DNA from: Vampirovibrio chlorellavorus
GTDB lineage: Bacteria > Cyanobacteriota > Vampirovibrionia > Vampirovibrionales > Vampirovibrionaceae
Direction: 5' to 3'
NCBI GenBank assembly: GCA_003149345.1
Contig: QFWI01000031.1
Coordinates: 224,325-288,324, forward strand
DNA length: 64,000 nucleotides
The position numbers and the translations under genes are program-made. A model generated the notes under the pieces. It worked only from the letters and a program-made list of their open reading frames with translations. It did no database searches and was not told the DNA's origin. Positions 10,518 to 22,398 of the stretch are shown here, piece by piece. Every line of letters starts with the position of its first letter. The first letter of the stretch is position 1.

Positions 10518-11861
10518 TTACTTCCCTTTCATACCGGAGTCGGTAGAGGGGGCCGGATCTGGATTGACCGGAAGATTGTCACTGACCTTTTGCAAGCCGC
10601 TGACAATGACCCGATCGCCGGGACGTAGCCCGCTAACCACCTGTACTTTACCTGCTTCCCGGTACCCCACCGATACTTCCTGCAAGTGGGCCACATCAAC
10701 CGGTTCCGATGGCTTTACCGGTTTTTCCTCGCCCTTGGCCGACGCTTTCTCTTTGCCCGCTTCGGCACGAGGCTGATAAATCTCGTGTCTGACCACATAA
10801 ACAAAGGTCTTTTCGCCCTGAGGCACTATGGCTTCCTCAGGAATGACCACCGCATCGGGAATCACCCCCAAAGCCAGCGAAACATCACCCAGCAAGCCGT
10901 CCTTAAGACCAGAGGAAGCGGGCAACAAGGCTTTCACCCGGACAGTATGGGCATCGGGATCCACCACCGGATCCACAAAGTTGACCTGACCGGTCACCGT
11001 CTTGCCACCCAAGCCCTCAAATTTTACAACCACAGGCAAGCCCGGCTTCAGTTGGCTCAGGTAGCGCTCCGGGACGGTAAAGGAAATGCGAAACACTGAA
11101 TTATCGACCAATGTCATTAACTTTTCGGTGGGGGCCACATAATCGCCCAAATCCACGTACTTGCTACCCACAATGCCCGAAAAGGGCGCCCGAAGCACGG
11201 TTTCCCCGGCCAGGGCCAGATTGTACTGGTAACTGGATCGGGACTGGGCCAGCGAGGAAGCGGCCTGTGCCGCACGAGCCTTGGCCGCGTTCAACTGCTG
11301 CAAGGCGGACTGGTAATCAGAGGCAGCCGATTGAAAGGCAGTGCGCTTCTGATCCAGTTCCAGCTGGGAAACGAAATCGTCCTGGTACAACTGCTCATAA
11401 CGGGCCAATTCGGATTTGCTCAATTGCCACTTGACCCGGGCACTTTCTGCCTGGGCCTGAAACTGGCTAATACCCGCCTCTTGCTGCTCCACATTGCCCT
11501 GAGAAGCGGCAATCCCAGCGGCAGCTTGCTGCACCTGAGCCATTTGCTTGTCAGCCTTGAAGCGCATCAGCACTTGTCCCAACCTGACCGTGTCACCTTC
11601 TTTGACCAGAATATGACTGACCACAGCGGGGGTTTCCGTATTCAGATCAATCCGGTTGTTAGCCTCCAGGGTGCCCGTGGCCGCATAGTTGATCGTCCAG
11701 AGCTGTTGAGCGGCTCGGGTGGTTTCAACCACCGGCGGAGGCATTTGCCAGCCACCGCCGCCACCGGCGCAACCGGCCAGAGAGAGAGACAATGCCAAAC
11801 CAATTGCTACTAGTGAGTACGGGAAATGCCTAAGGTGACTTGGTCTTTTGAGTAAATGCAT
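10518..11861 (-). CDS. RND efflux periplasmic adaptor (MFP/HlyD family) lipoprotein
   Basis: Lipobox LSLAGC near the N-terminus, coiled-coil hairpin and beta-barrel regions. Its stop lies 2 nt before the RND pump start. Confidence 0.85.
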   Translation of the reverse strand: MHLLKRPSHLRHFPYSLVAIGLALSLSLAGCAGGGGGWQMPPPVVETTRAAQQLWTINYAATGTLEANNRIDLNTETPAVVSHILVKEGDTVRLGQVLMRFKADKQMAQVQQAAAGIAASQGNVEQQEAGISQFQAQAESARVKWQLSKSELARYEQLYQDDFVSQLELDQKRTAFQSAASDYQSALQQLNAAKARAAQAASSLAQSRSSYQYNLALAGETVLRAPFSGIVGSKYVDLGDYVAPTEKLMTLVDNSVFRISFTVPERYLSQLKPGLPVVVKFEGLGGKTVTGQVNFVDPVVDPDAHTVRVKALLPASSGLKDGLLGDVSLALGVIPDAVVIPEEAIVPQGEKTFVYVVRHEIYQPRAEAGKEKASAKGEEKPVKPSEPVDVAHLQEVSVGYREAGKVQVVSGLRPGDRVIVSGLQKVSDNLPVNPDPAPSTDSGMKGK

Positions 11862-13536
11862 CTGCTTTCATTCCGTTCAGGATGTGGGAGGAGGTAACTT
11901 CGCCAACGGCCTTCAACAGGCGCACTTGGGCTTCATTGAAATCGAAAATGGCGCGTACCACCCGCACCCGGGCAAGCGCCAAGGCGGTTTGCGCGTTTAA
12001 AACATCCACGTTGATGCCTAAACCAGCCTTGTAACGCCCAAACGAAAGACGATAGGCTTCCTCTGCCACACCCAGCAGCTCCTGTGCCGTAAAAATAGAC
12101 TTGGCGCCAGCACGACTGTCCAGAAAGGCATTAATCACGTCAGTCTGGATGGCCCGTTCCTGTTCTTTCAGTCGCACCTTTTGCTGGGCCACCAGTAACC
12201 GCCGAGTGCGGTAATCCAGGGGAAGTGAGGTTCCCAAACCATTGAACAAGTTAGACTGCACGGCAAACCCGCCAAAACGACCCAAGCCCAACTTGTCGAT
12301 TTCCGGGCCAGTACCGTTGATATAGGCTTGAAGCGTCACGGTGGGGATGGCGTCGGCCAAAACGGCTTTTCCTTCATAGCCAAGCGCCCGAATCTCCTGC
12401 TGAATGGCCTTCAGGGTGGGATTTTTTTCCATAGCCCGATTGACCAGTTGCTGGGTATCCACACTCAAGGGAATCAAAATACGGGCTTCCGCCCGCACCT
12501 GAGGAGGAAGCAAGGCCACATCAGGATCCAGATTCAATCGGCTGAGCAAATTTTGCTGGGCTTTGGCCAGATTATTCTCAGCGGTAATCAACTCTTGCTC
12601 CCGCTCAATCAACTGGGAACGGGCTCTCTCCAGATCCAGCTTGGTGCCCACGCCCGCTTTTAACCGAGCGGCGTTCAGAGCCACCTGACTCTGCACTTCC
12701 TGGATGTTGGCCCGCACGTTGGCCACATTCACCCCGGCGGCAATCAACTCATAGTATTCAATGGTGGCTTGGGTCAACTGCTCCTGAAGGGTTTGATTGA
12801 GCAGAAACTTGGCCTCACGGGCCCGCTGCTTGAAAGCCAATGCGGCAAACACATCACGCCCACCAGGGTTGATCACCCAGCTGGCCGTGGCCTGCGGCAC
12901 AATTCTGGTCTGAAAGACCTGCAAGGTTTGGCTGCCAAAAATCTGAATGGCCCCCTGAAAGCGAGACTGGTTGTACGTTCCAGTCACATCCGGCAGCAAA
13001 TCGGAGATGGAGCGGAAGAAGCGGTTGTTTTCCACCTTGGCGTTAATGGTCGAATCCTGTAAAAACAGGTTCTGCTTTTCCACCAGTTTTAAAACCGTGG
13101 GCAAATCCACCGGATATTCCTGCACTTTCACCACGGAAGCCGTTAATACCTTGTTCAGCAAAGAGCGCCCCTCTTCGAGCTTCTCCTCATCGAACAAATG
13201 AATCGGCTGTTGCTCCAGCGCCTGAATATCCTTAGTCACAGGCGGGGCAGCGTTGGGGAAATTACGATCAGCGGCCCGCTCCTCTGGTGCAAGCGTGTCG
13301 TCAGGTGTGGCGGTATTTGGTTTTTGAGGCGGGTACACAGACTGGCCTGGCATCGATTGCTGAACTGGCGCGATTTGCGGAGCAGGCAAAGCTTGAGCTT
13401 CCTGAGTGAGCCCCTCAGGAGCAATACTCTCAGGGCTTGCCGCAAAACTACCGGCTGCGTTAGAGAGAAATCCAGCCAGCGCAATAAGACAAAAAAGGCG
13501 AAGTGAGAGGACAAGTATCGGCATCAAACGTTCCAA
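11830..13536 (-). CDS. TolC-like outer membrane efflux factor with a ~130-aa Pro/Ala-rich N-terminal extension
   Basis: 568 aa with a signal peptide and two internally repeated helical/beta halves typical of OMF proteins. It overlaps the adaptor gene by 32 nt. Confidence 0.8.
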   Translation of the reverse strand: MERLMPILVLSLRLFCLIALAGFLSNAAGSFAASPESIAPEGLTQEAQALPAPQIAPVQQSMPGQSVYPPQKPNTATPDDTLAPEERAADRNFPNAAPPVTKDIQALEQQPIHLFDEEKLEEGRSLLNKVLTASVVKVQEYPVDLPTVLKLVEKQNLFLQDSTINAKVENNRFFRSISDLLPDVTGTYNQSRFQGAIQIFGSQTLQVFQTRIVPQATASWVINPGGRDVFAALAFKQRAREAKFLLNQTLQEQLTQATIEYYELIAAGVNVANVRANIQEVQSQVALNAARLKAGVGTKLDLERARSQLIEREQELITAENNLAKAQQNLLSRLNLDPDVALLPPQVRAEARILIPLSVDTQQLVNRAMEKNPTLKAIQQEIRALGYEGKAVLADAIPTVTLQAYINGTGPEIDKLGLGRFGGFAVQSNLFNGLGTSLPLDYRTRRLLVAQQKVRLKEQERAIQTDVINAFLDSRAGAKSIFTAQELLGVAEEAYRLSFGRYKAGLGINVDVLNAQTALALARVRVVRAIFDFNEAQVRLLKAVGEVTSSHILNGMKADAFTQKTKSP

Positions 13537-13632
13537 TGATAAGGCTTTTAGACGAATTTAGGGATCAGCTATTCTAAGCCTACTGTACTAGACTATTGCG
13601 GATTTGGCAAATAGAAACTGAATAGGGTAACG

Positions 13633-14385
13633 CTAATTGAGGGCGGGGCGGGCCGATTCCTCCAGGCGTTTCAGGTATTGCCCCAGCGCGTAGGCCATAT
13701 CCCCCCGGGTCATGGGCTTCAGGGGACTGAGAGAACCGCTGTCACCCACATCGATGAAACCGCTTTTCAAGGCAGTCACCAGAGCTTTTCTGGCCCAGGC
13801 CGGAATTTGCCCGGCATCGGAATAAGGGGCCAAAATGGTGTCAATGGTTTCATCATCATACTGCTGAACCCCGTAAGCCTGGGCCATGATCGAAAAAGCC
13901 TCTGCCCGGTTAATGCGCTGATTGGGGTAAAAATAGCCGGGACGATAACCCTTCATAATACCCAGGCGCATCACGGTTTCAATGCTGGGGGCGGCCCAAT
14001 GATTGGTGGGCACGTCCTTCAGCGTCTCTGGCTGTTCAGCATTGCTCTTGCGGGAATCTAGCTGAAAGGCTTTGGTCAGCACCGTGGCCAGTTCCGCCCG
14101 AGACAGCGGACGTTGGGACTGGAAATTTCCCTTGAGATCGGGCTGCATCCACCCGGCGGCTTGCACCATCTCAATGGCCTCTTCACGACTGATTTTGGCT
14201 TTGGGCACTCGCTGATCCCGCCGGACTTGAGCGTCCTCCACGGACTGAGATGGTTCGGTGGCCGGTTGTTGATCAGTCGGAGACTCCTGAGCCAAAGCCA
14301 GCAAACCCATCACTGCCATCCAGGCCATGAGGGATAAGACACCCAGACTCAACCAGCGTTTGCCCGGCACTTGCAAGGATTTCAT
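13633..14385 (-). CDS. SLH (S-layer homology) domain protein
   Basis: 250 aa with a signal peptide, then three SLH-like repeats (e.g. FQSQRPLSRAELATVLTKAF, NQRINRAEAFSIMAQAY, LKPMTRGDMAYALGQYL). Confidence 0.75.
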   Translation of the reverse strand: MKSLQVPGKRWLSLGVLSLMAWMAVMGLLALAQESPTDQQPATEPSQSVEDAQVRRDQRVPKAKISREEAIEMVQAAGWMQPDLKGNFQSQRPLSRAELATVLTKAFQLDSRKSNAEQPETLKDVPTNHWAAPSIETVMRLGIMKGYRPGYFYPNQRINRAEAFSIMAQAYGVQQYDDETIDTILAPYSDAGQIPAWARKALVTALKSGFIDVGDSGSLSPLKPMTRGDMAYALGQYLKRLEESARPALN

Positions 14386-14530
14386 CTCAATACTCTCCGA
14401 ATTAAAAAACCAGATAATCGCAACTCAAACGTACTGCGCATCATCCTAACACAAAGTGTCTTGACCTCAAGCACAGAGAAAGCGCCATCGACCACGGACA
14501 GCGCTTCCCGGTTTTGATTTTTACGCCACC

Positions 14531-16999
<2,469 letters not shown>

Positions 17000-17230
17000 T
17001 TATCGCAACCAGAGTGGCAGGTCACAAAAACGGCTCATTGCCATTGGAGTTGACTTCGAACAGAACGACGAGTAAACGCGGTTCATAGTTGCGGGTTACC
17101 GGTCGCCGGAAGGGCGAAGTCCAGACGCAAAGCTCAAAACGGACTTACCATCATAGCGCTGCCTTGAAAAGAGGACTCAAGCGGACTCAAACCGAACAAT
17201 TATGAAGCCATAAACCTTTTGGCAGGTACG

Positions 17231-17259
17231 ATTATAACACGGGCACCCGGCAATCCCAA
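17231..17259 (-). promoter_or_regulatory. candidate extended -10 promoter for gyrB
   Basis: Read on the minus strand: TTGGGA (17259-17254), 17-nt spacer, TG-n-TATAAT (TATAAT = 17236-17231). It lies between the nth stop and gyrB and implies a leader of 240 nt or more. Confidence 0.4.
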
Positions 17260-17308
17260 GGTGGGCCAAAAGCGATTGTAACAAGGCGTTTCACAATAGC
17301 CGCCGATT

Positions 17309-18145
17309 TTAAACCGTTTTTTTCCCCGCTTTTCCCGCCCGCGGCTTCACATCCACCTTGCAGCAAAAGTCAGCCACCGGGCAGACATCACAATGGGGGC
17401 CAATGGGGCGGCAAATCTGCTGGCCGTGCAGCACCATCATGGTGTTAATCACGCTCCAGTAGGGGCCGGGCAAAATCTGGCGCAGCACCATTTCCGTTTC
17501 ATCCGGGGTTTTGGTTTGCACATACCCCAGCCGGTTACAAATACGGTGGACATGAATATCCACGCAGATGGCAGGCAGCCCGTGTCCCAGTCCCACAACC
17601 AGATTGGCCGTTTTCCGACCCACGCCCTTCAGGGTCAGCAATGCCTCAATGGTGTCGGGCGTGGCCCCACCAAAGTCGTCCAGCAGTTTTTGGGAAAATT
17701 CCAGAATGCTCTGGGCCTTGGTTTTGTAAAAGCCCACCGGGTAAATCAGCTCGGCGATTTGAGAAACGGGCAGCTTGACCATTTTGGCCGGGGTATCGGC
17801 GTGGGCGAACAAGCGTTCGCTGGCGGGCATGGTCACTTCATCCTTGGTTCGCAAGCTCAGAACGCAAGCCACCAAAACCTTGTAAGGATCGTGCTGAGTG
17901 AGTTCCCCCATGGGGTGGTAGTGATAGGTTCGGGTCAGGGTCTCCAACACCTGGCACATGCTATGGGTGTCCAGGGTGCAAGCGGATGCAGTCCGCACAA
18001 CGGTCTTTGGAACAGACTGAGCCTTGCCCGCACGAACTGAACCCTTGGCGGTCGGGGTTTTCGCCGATTTCCTGGAAGCGGACTTTTTAAGTGATGACTT
18101 TGGATCTGGTTTGGCCGACTTTGGCGACAGGGACTTGGCGGGCAT
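17309..18145 (-). CDS. nth: endonuclease III (Nth) with a Lys/Ser-rich N-terminal extension
   Basis: HhH-GPD motif [14 protein letters not shown] and C-terminal Fe-S cluster cysteines [17 protein letters not shown]. The first ~60 aa are basic and low-complexity. Confidence 0.9.
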   Translation of the reverse strand: MPAKSLSPKSAKPDPKSSLKKSASRKSAKTPTAKGSVRAGKAQSVPKTVVRTASACTLDTHSMCQVLETLTRTYHYHPMGELTQHDPYKVLVACVLSLRTKDEVTMPASERLFAHADTPAKMVKLPVSQIAELIYPVGFYKTKAQSILEFSQKLLDDFGGATPDTIEALLTLKGVGRKTANLVVGLGHGLPAICVDIHVHRICNRLGYVQTKTPDETEMVLRQILPGPYWSVINTMMVLHGQQICRPIGPHCDVCPVADFCCKVDVKPRAGKAGKKTV

Positions 18146-18187
18146 AAATTGTGCCTCTGGGACTCACAAACACGCCCCTATTTTACG

Positions 18188-18229
18188 CCAAAGATAGCGG
18201 CCCAAAGATAGCGGGCCAAAGATAACCGG
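18188..18229. repeat. three tandem 14-bp repeats
   Basis: ccaaagatagcggc / ccaaagatagcggg / ccaaagataaccgg. They lie in the 91-bp spacer between the M23 peptidase stop and the nth start. Confidence 0.9.
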
Positions 18230-18236
18230 GGTTCGC

Positions 18237-19301
18237 CTAACTACACCGGGGGACGTTGGACACCCACTGATTGGGATTCACCGGCAGGCCGCTGGCGTAC
18301 AGGCCCCAGTGCAAATGCGGCCCGGAGGCAAAACCGGTCGATCCGACGTAGCCGATGGTCTGGCCTTTTTTGACCGTCTCACCCGGTTTGACCGCCAATT
18401 TGGACATATGGATATAGATCGACCCGACGCCTTGGCCGTGATCCAGGCCCACGGTGCCGCCATGCAAGCGGTACATGGTGGCGATTTTCACCACGCCAGC
18501 CGCCGTGGCCCGAATGGGGCGCCCAGCCGGGGAGCGCAAGTCCACCCCTTTGTGGTAATCCCCGGTGGATACACCATTATGGTAGCGCTTCACCCCAAAC
18601 GGGGAATTCTGGCAATCCGTGGTGGGGCTGATAAACGGCTCTTCCCAATAGCGCACCGAGCTGACGGTGTCTTTCAGGGCCTGAATGGCTTCCAGTTCAC
18701 CCGGCAAGGGCTGAAGTCCCGCCGTGCTTTTGCTCACGGAAACATTCTGGGTTTTGTAGCGCCCGTCCTGAATGGTCACATTGGTGGTCTTAACCGGCAC
18801 CCCGGCGGCGTTATAAATAGAGAGTGGATACACGCCGGGCTTCTCGTAAACCGAAACCGGCAACAGGGCTAGTAACTGGCCATCCTTCTGACTGAACAGG
18901 CGAGCCTTGCGCCCGGCCAGGGTGGCGTAGGCGTAATCGTTTGTGCCCAGCTGCATGCCAGTGGCATGTTGCAAAGTCACTTTCAACACCTCGCCCTGTT
19001 TCACCGTGCTGGCCGATTTCAATTGGAGGCCCTGGGCGGCGTTCGCGGCTCCGGCGCTAGTGGCCACGGCATGCGTGGCCCAGGGCCTTGCGGAAGGATG
19101 CGCCTGCGTGGCAGCCGGGGTCAACTCAGCGTTTTCAGTAGACGCGCCCGGTAAGGGAACCGGCTGGGACTGGGCAAACCAGGAACCCGCCACGAACATC
19201 ATTAAAGCCATTGGCAACAAGCCATATCGTTTCACGCCCAAAGCACACGCTCCCAAATATTTCGTACAGCCATCCATCCAGCTCTGGCGCAAATGGCGCA
19301 A
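18237..19301 (-). CDS. M23 family (LytM-like) metallopeptidase
   Basis: C-terminal HKGVDL ... GSTGFASGPHLHWG motifs with an N-terminal hydrophobic anchor. The exact start is uncertain. Confidence 0.85.
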   Translation of the reverse strand: MRHLRQSWMDGCTKYLGACALGVKRYGLLPMALMMFVAGSWFAQSQPVPLPGASTENAELTPAATQAHPSARPWATHAVATSAGAANAAQGLQLKSASTVKQGEVLKVTLQHATGMQLGTNDYAYATLAGRKARLFSQKDGQLLALLPVSVYEKPGVYPLSIYNAAGVPVKTTNVTIQDGRYKTQNVSVSKSTAGLQPLPGELEAIQALKDTVSSVRYWEEPFISPTTDCQNSPFGVKRYHNGVSTGDYHKGVDLRSPAGRPIRATAAGVVKIATMYRLHGGTVGLDHGQGVGSIYIHMSKLAVKPGETVKKGQTIGYVGSTGFASGPHLHWGLYASGLPVNPNQWVSNVPRCS

Positions 19302-19488
19302 ACCGGAGAGAGCTTTTTATTTATTATAACGAGGCGACTCCCATCCGGCCAAGGGTGAACCTGCCCCCGGTTTGTAGTACCATAACCCATAATCGATTTC
19401 GGACAAAATGCCCGCGTCCGGCCCGGCCCGGTATCGGCACCGTTTCCCCCATCTACCCACCCCACCCCTGTTTGAAAAGGATTTCCCC

Positions 19489-20802
19489 ATGTTTGTTGAT
19501 AAGGCCACCATTCATATTATGTCCGGCTCCGGCGGTAACGGCATGGTGGCCTGGCGACGGGAAAAATACGTTCCCTTTGGCGGCCCGGCGGGAGGAGACG
19601 GCGGTCGGGGTGGCGACGTTTTTATTGAAGCCACCAGTAACCTGAACACGTTGATGGACTTCAAATACATGTCCATTTTCAAGGCCGAAGACGGGGAAAA
19701 GGGCGGCATTAAAAATATGCACGGCAAAAACGGCAAGGATCTGACCATCCGGGTGCCTTGCGGCACCATTATCCGGGACGCCGACAACGGTGACGCCATC
19801 GCCGATCTGCGGGAACCGGGCGACCGGGTGCTGGTGGCTGCCGGTGGCCGAGGGGGACGGGGCAACTCCCGGTTTACCTCCTCCAAGCGACAGGCCCCCC
19901 AGTTTTCGGAGCCCGGCGAACCGGCCATTGAACGGAATCTGGAGCTGGAATTAAAACTATTAGCGCAAGTGGGCATTATTGGTCTGCCCAACGCCGGAAA
20001 ATCCACCCTCATCAGCGTCATCAGCGCTGCCAAGCCCAAAATCGCCGATTACCCCTTCACCACCTTAGTACCCAATCTGGGCGTGGTCAAAAAGCCCAAT
20101 GGCGATGGCATTGTGGTGGCTGATATTCCGGGTTTGGTGGAAGGGGCCAGCGAGGGAATAGGATTGGGTCACGAATTTTTGCGCCACGTAGAGCGTACCC
20201 GGCTGCTGTTGCATCTGGTGGATCTGTCCGCCCCGGAAGACACCCTCATTCCCAACTTCGATTTGATCAATACCGAACTGGCCAAGTACAGCCAAAAACT
20301 GGCCCGAAAACCGCAGGTGGTTGTCCTTTCCAAGATTGACGCCGTCCCTGAAGAGGTCCTGGAGCATTACCGGGCAGAGCTGGCCCAGAAAACCCAGGGC
20401 CTGGTCTTCGCCATTTCCTCCGTCACCCATCAGGGCATTGAGCCCCTGCTGCACCATGTTTTCCGTATGCTGGATGAACTGCCGCCAGATGAGGAAGTGG
20501 TTCCCTTGGTGGCTGATTTACGGGCCTTTGACAACGATGACAGCCACTTTGAGATTCATCGCAAGGGCAAGGTGTTTACGGTGGTCAGCGGTAAGATCGA
20601 CCGCCTGTTCAGCGTGACCGACATGAAAAACCGGGAAGCCTCTCAGCGCCTTATGAACATCATCAAGGCCATGGGCGTTTATAAGGAACTGGCCCGTCAG
20701 GGCGCCGAAGAAGGGCATATTGTGCAAATGGCCGGGCTGGAGTTCGATTATTACCCGGATGATGAAGACGCCATGGCCCTGCCCCTCTCGCTTGAGGATT
20801 AA
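19489..20802 (+). CDS. obg: GTPase Obg/CgtA
   Basis: MFVDKATIHIMSGSGGNGMVAWRREKY.. glycine-rich Obg fold, G-domain GLPNAGKST / DIPGL, and an Obg C-terminal (OCT-like) domain. SD AAAGGA lies before ATG 19489; the track ORF starts upstream at 19408. Confidence 0.95.
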   Translation: MFVDKATIHIMSGSGGNGMVAWRREKYVPFGGPAGGDGGRGGDVFIEATSNLNTLMDFKYMSIFKAEDGEKGGIKNMHGKNGKDLTIRVPCGTIIRDADNGDAIADLREPGDRVLVAAGGRGGRGNSRFTSSKRQAPQFSEPGEPAIERNLELELKLLAQVGIIGLPNAGKSTLISVISAAKPKIADYPFTTLVPNLGVVKKPNGDGIVVADIPGLVEGASEGIGLGHEFLRHVERTRLLLHLVDLSAPEDTLIPNFDLINTELAKYSQKLARKPQVVVLSKIDAVPEEVLEHYRAELAQKTQGLVFAISSVTHQGIEPLLHHVFRMLDELPPDEEVVPLVADLRAFDNDDSHFEIHRKGKVFTVVSGKIDRLFSVTDMKNREASQRLMNIIKAMGVYKELARQGAEEGHIVQMAGLEFDYYPDDEDAMALPLSLED

Positions 20803-20817
20803 AAGTCGCCTCAAAAA

Positions 20818-20963
20818 GGGGAGGCTAGCTCCTCAAGGCGGTTGTAACTGTTTGAGAACAGCGAGCTAAAAAGAAGGCCGCTTGCAAACTCTGCACCGAG
20901 CCATGCTCTGGCATGTTTGAGCTTTAGGCAGTTTTACAAAGGCCTTGAGGAGCTAGCCTCACC
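20818..20963 (+). repeat. ~145-nt imperfect palindromic element, copy A (family shared with 63376-63519)
   Basis: 19-bp perfect arms at 20821-20839 / 20942-20960. The inner cores are near-identical to copy B. It fills the whole spacer between the obg stop and the convergent ORF stop. Confidence 0.85.
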
Positions 20964-22119
20964 GAAGCCCTGATTGAGCAGTCCCCCCATGCATCAGGGC
21001 ATTGCGGTTGTCCAGTTCCAGAATGATCCGAATCAGCAGATAAGCCACTTGTATGGCCATCACGGAAACCCCACCCGCCGGATGCAGGCCCACGGACTGT
21101 TTCCCGGATGGCTGTTTCCCGGATTGCGCGGGCAACCCTGATGAATTTTCATCTGGCGACAAAGAAGACCCCGGTGCGTCCCCCAATGCGTCCCGACTAG
21201 CTTGCCCTGAATGGTGGCCTGTATTTTGGCCGAGATGTCCGCTAGCGTTGGCCGTAAATAGCAAGCGAACGGGCATTGCCGCCGTAGCGGCTTCTTGCAG
21301 GCCTGCTTCGATAGCTTGCAAATAAGGCACCGCTGCGGGCTGATGCGCTATCACGGCCTGCCAGTTACCGGCAGGCTTGTCCGCATCCGGCAAAATCACC
21401 GCCCGAAACGATCCCAAGGTCAGGGTTTCCACATACACCACCAGTTGAGGCTCCGACGATTCGGTGCTGCCTTCGCCCCCCGACTGCGGAGGTTCAAAAC
21501 GCAAGGTAAAGGCCTGCGGCGGGTGCAGGGGATAAAAGGGCAGGTACAAGGTCACCGTGGCGTCCAGGGCCCCTTGCGGCCCCTGCTTGATTTTATCGGC
21601 CAACTCGCCCAGCCCCTGCATCAATGTACCGACATCCCCAGATCCCGCCATGGCCGCCGGATGGGCCTGTAACAACTTCAACAGTTTTTGCTGGGCCTGA
21701 TCCACCCGCCCTTGTAAAAAATCCTGTAAGGCCTCCAGTGGAATTTTCGATTCTTCCTGCATCAACGCTTCCAGAAGGGCTTGCCCCAAGGCCGGTTCCT
21801 GCTCCGATAACAAGGCCAGCAGCTGAATCATCTCTTTTGGCAACTGAAATAAATTCCGCAACAGCTTGGCCAAATCCTCAGCGGGCAAAGCCAAAGTCCC
21901 CGCCCCCAGCGCCACCAGGGATATGGCCCCAGCAGGAAGCCCTATGGCACCTTGGGATGCATAATTACCCGTTCGAGCCTCCCCAGCCAAGGCAGGCGGG
22001 CTGGCCGGTGCGGCCTCAGGCTCTTTCGGCTTACCCCGAGAGGAGGCCGGTTGCCCGGAAGGCCTAAAGTTGGGGCCTATAAAACTCACAAGCTCATTCA
22101 CTCCACGGTTAGACAACAC
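20959..22119 (-). CDS. hypothetical protein (Pro/Ala/Gly-rich ends, helical Leu/Gln-rich centre)
   Basis: 386-aa ORF with a GTG start and no clear SD, so the start is uncertain. I recognise no confident family. The segment QLVVYVETLTLGSFRAVILPD...WQAVIAHQPAAVPYLQAIEAGLQEA loosely resembles the FliK C-terminal (Flg_hook) pattern. Confidence 0.55.
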   Translation of the reverse strand: MLSNRGVNELVSFIGPNFRPSGQPASSRGKPKEPEAAPASPPALAGEARTGNYASQGAIGLPAGAISLVALGAGTLALPAEDLAKLLRNLFQLPKEMIQLLALLSEQEPALGQALLEALMQEESKIPLEALQDFLQGRVDQAQQKLLKLLQAHPAAMAGSGDVGTLMQGLGELADKIKQGPQGALDATVTLYLPFYPLHPPQAFTLRFEPPQSGGEGSTESSEPQLVVYVETLTLGSFRAVILPDADKPAGNWQAVIAHQPAAVPYLQAIEAGLQEAATAAMPVRLLFTANASGHLGQNTGHHSGQASRDALGDAPGSSLSPDENSSGLPAQSGKQPSGKQSVGLHPAGGVSVMAIQVAYLLIRIILELDNRNALMHGGTAQSGLR

Positions 22120-22369
22120 CGCGTCAGAGGCGAACCGTCCATAGTACCGTTCACCGCCACGGGCAGCAGGGCGCTTTCCGAATTATCGGCCAAACCGTTC
22201 AAAAGTTGAGCCCGCTTTCAATCGGTTTTTGCGCCCTGAGTATCACAGGCCCTTCCGGCCATGCGGGCCCATGATAGCCTGAACAGCCTGACGGCCCGAT
22301 GGCACCATCGGCCACACACACCAAAGCCCTGCTCCCTCCCACAAGCACTTTAGATTTTAAGAAAACCAC

Positions 22370-22398
22370 TTGAGAATAATTCTCAACCTTGCTATGAT
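22370..22398 (+). promoter_or_regulatory. near-consensus promoter overlapped by an 8-1-8 palindrome resembling a Fur-family 7-1-7 box
   Basis: ttgagaat-a-attctcaa (22370-22386) is a perfect inverted repeat. Its core TGAGAATnATTCTCA differs from TGATAATnATTATCA at one position per half. -35 TTGAGA (22370-75), 17-nt spacer, -10 TATGAT (22393-98). Confidence 0.4.

Noticed and set aside
17130-17200. Possible third, degenerate copy of the palindromic element upstream of gyrB. Its reverse complement contains ggtttgagtcc and ttttgagcttt, which resemble the element cores.
   Set aside because: Only 8-10-nt matches. There are no complementary outer arms and the spacing is different. It is better explained by the local 10-bp direct repeat ggactcaa.
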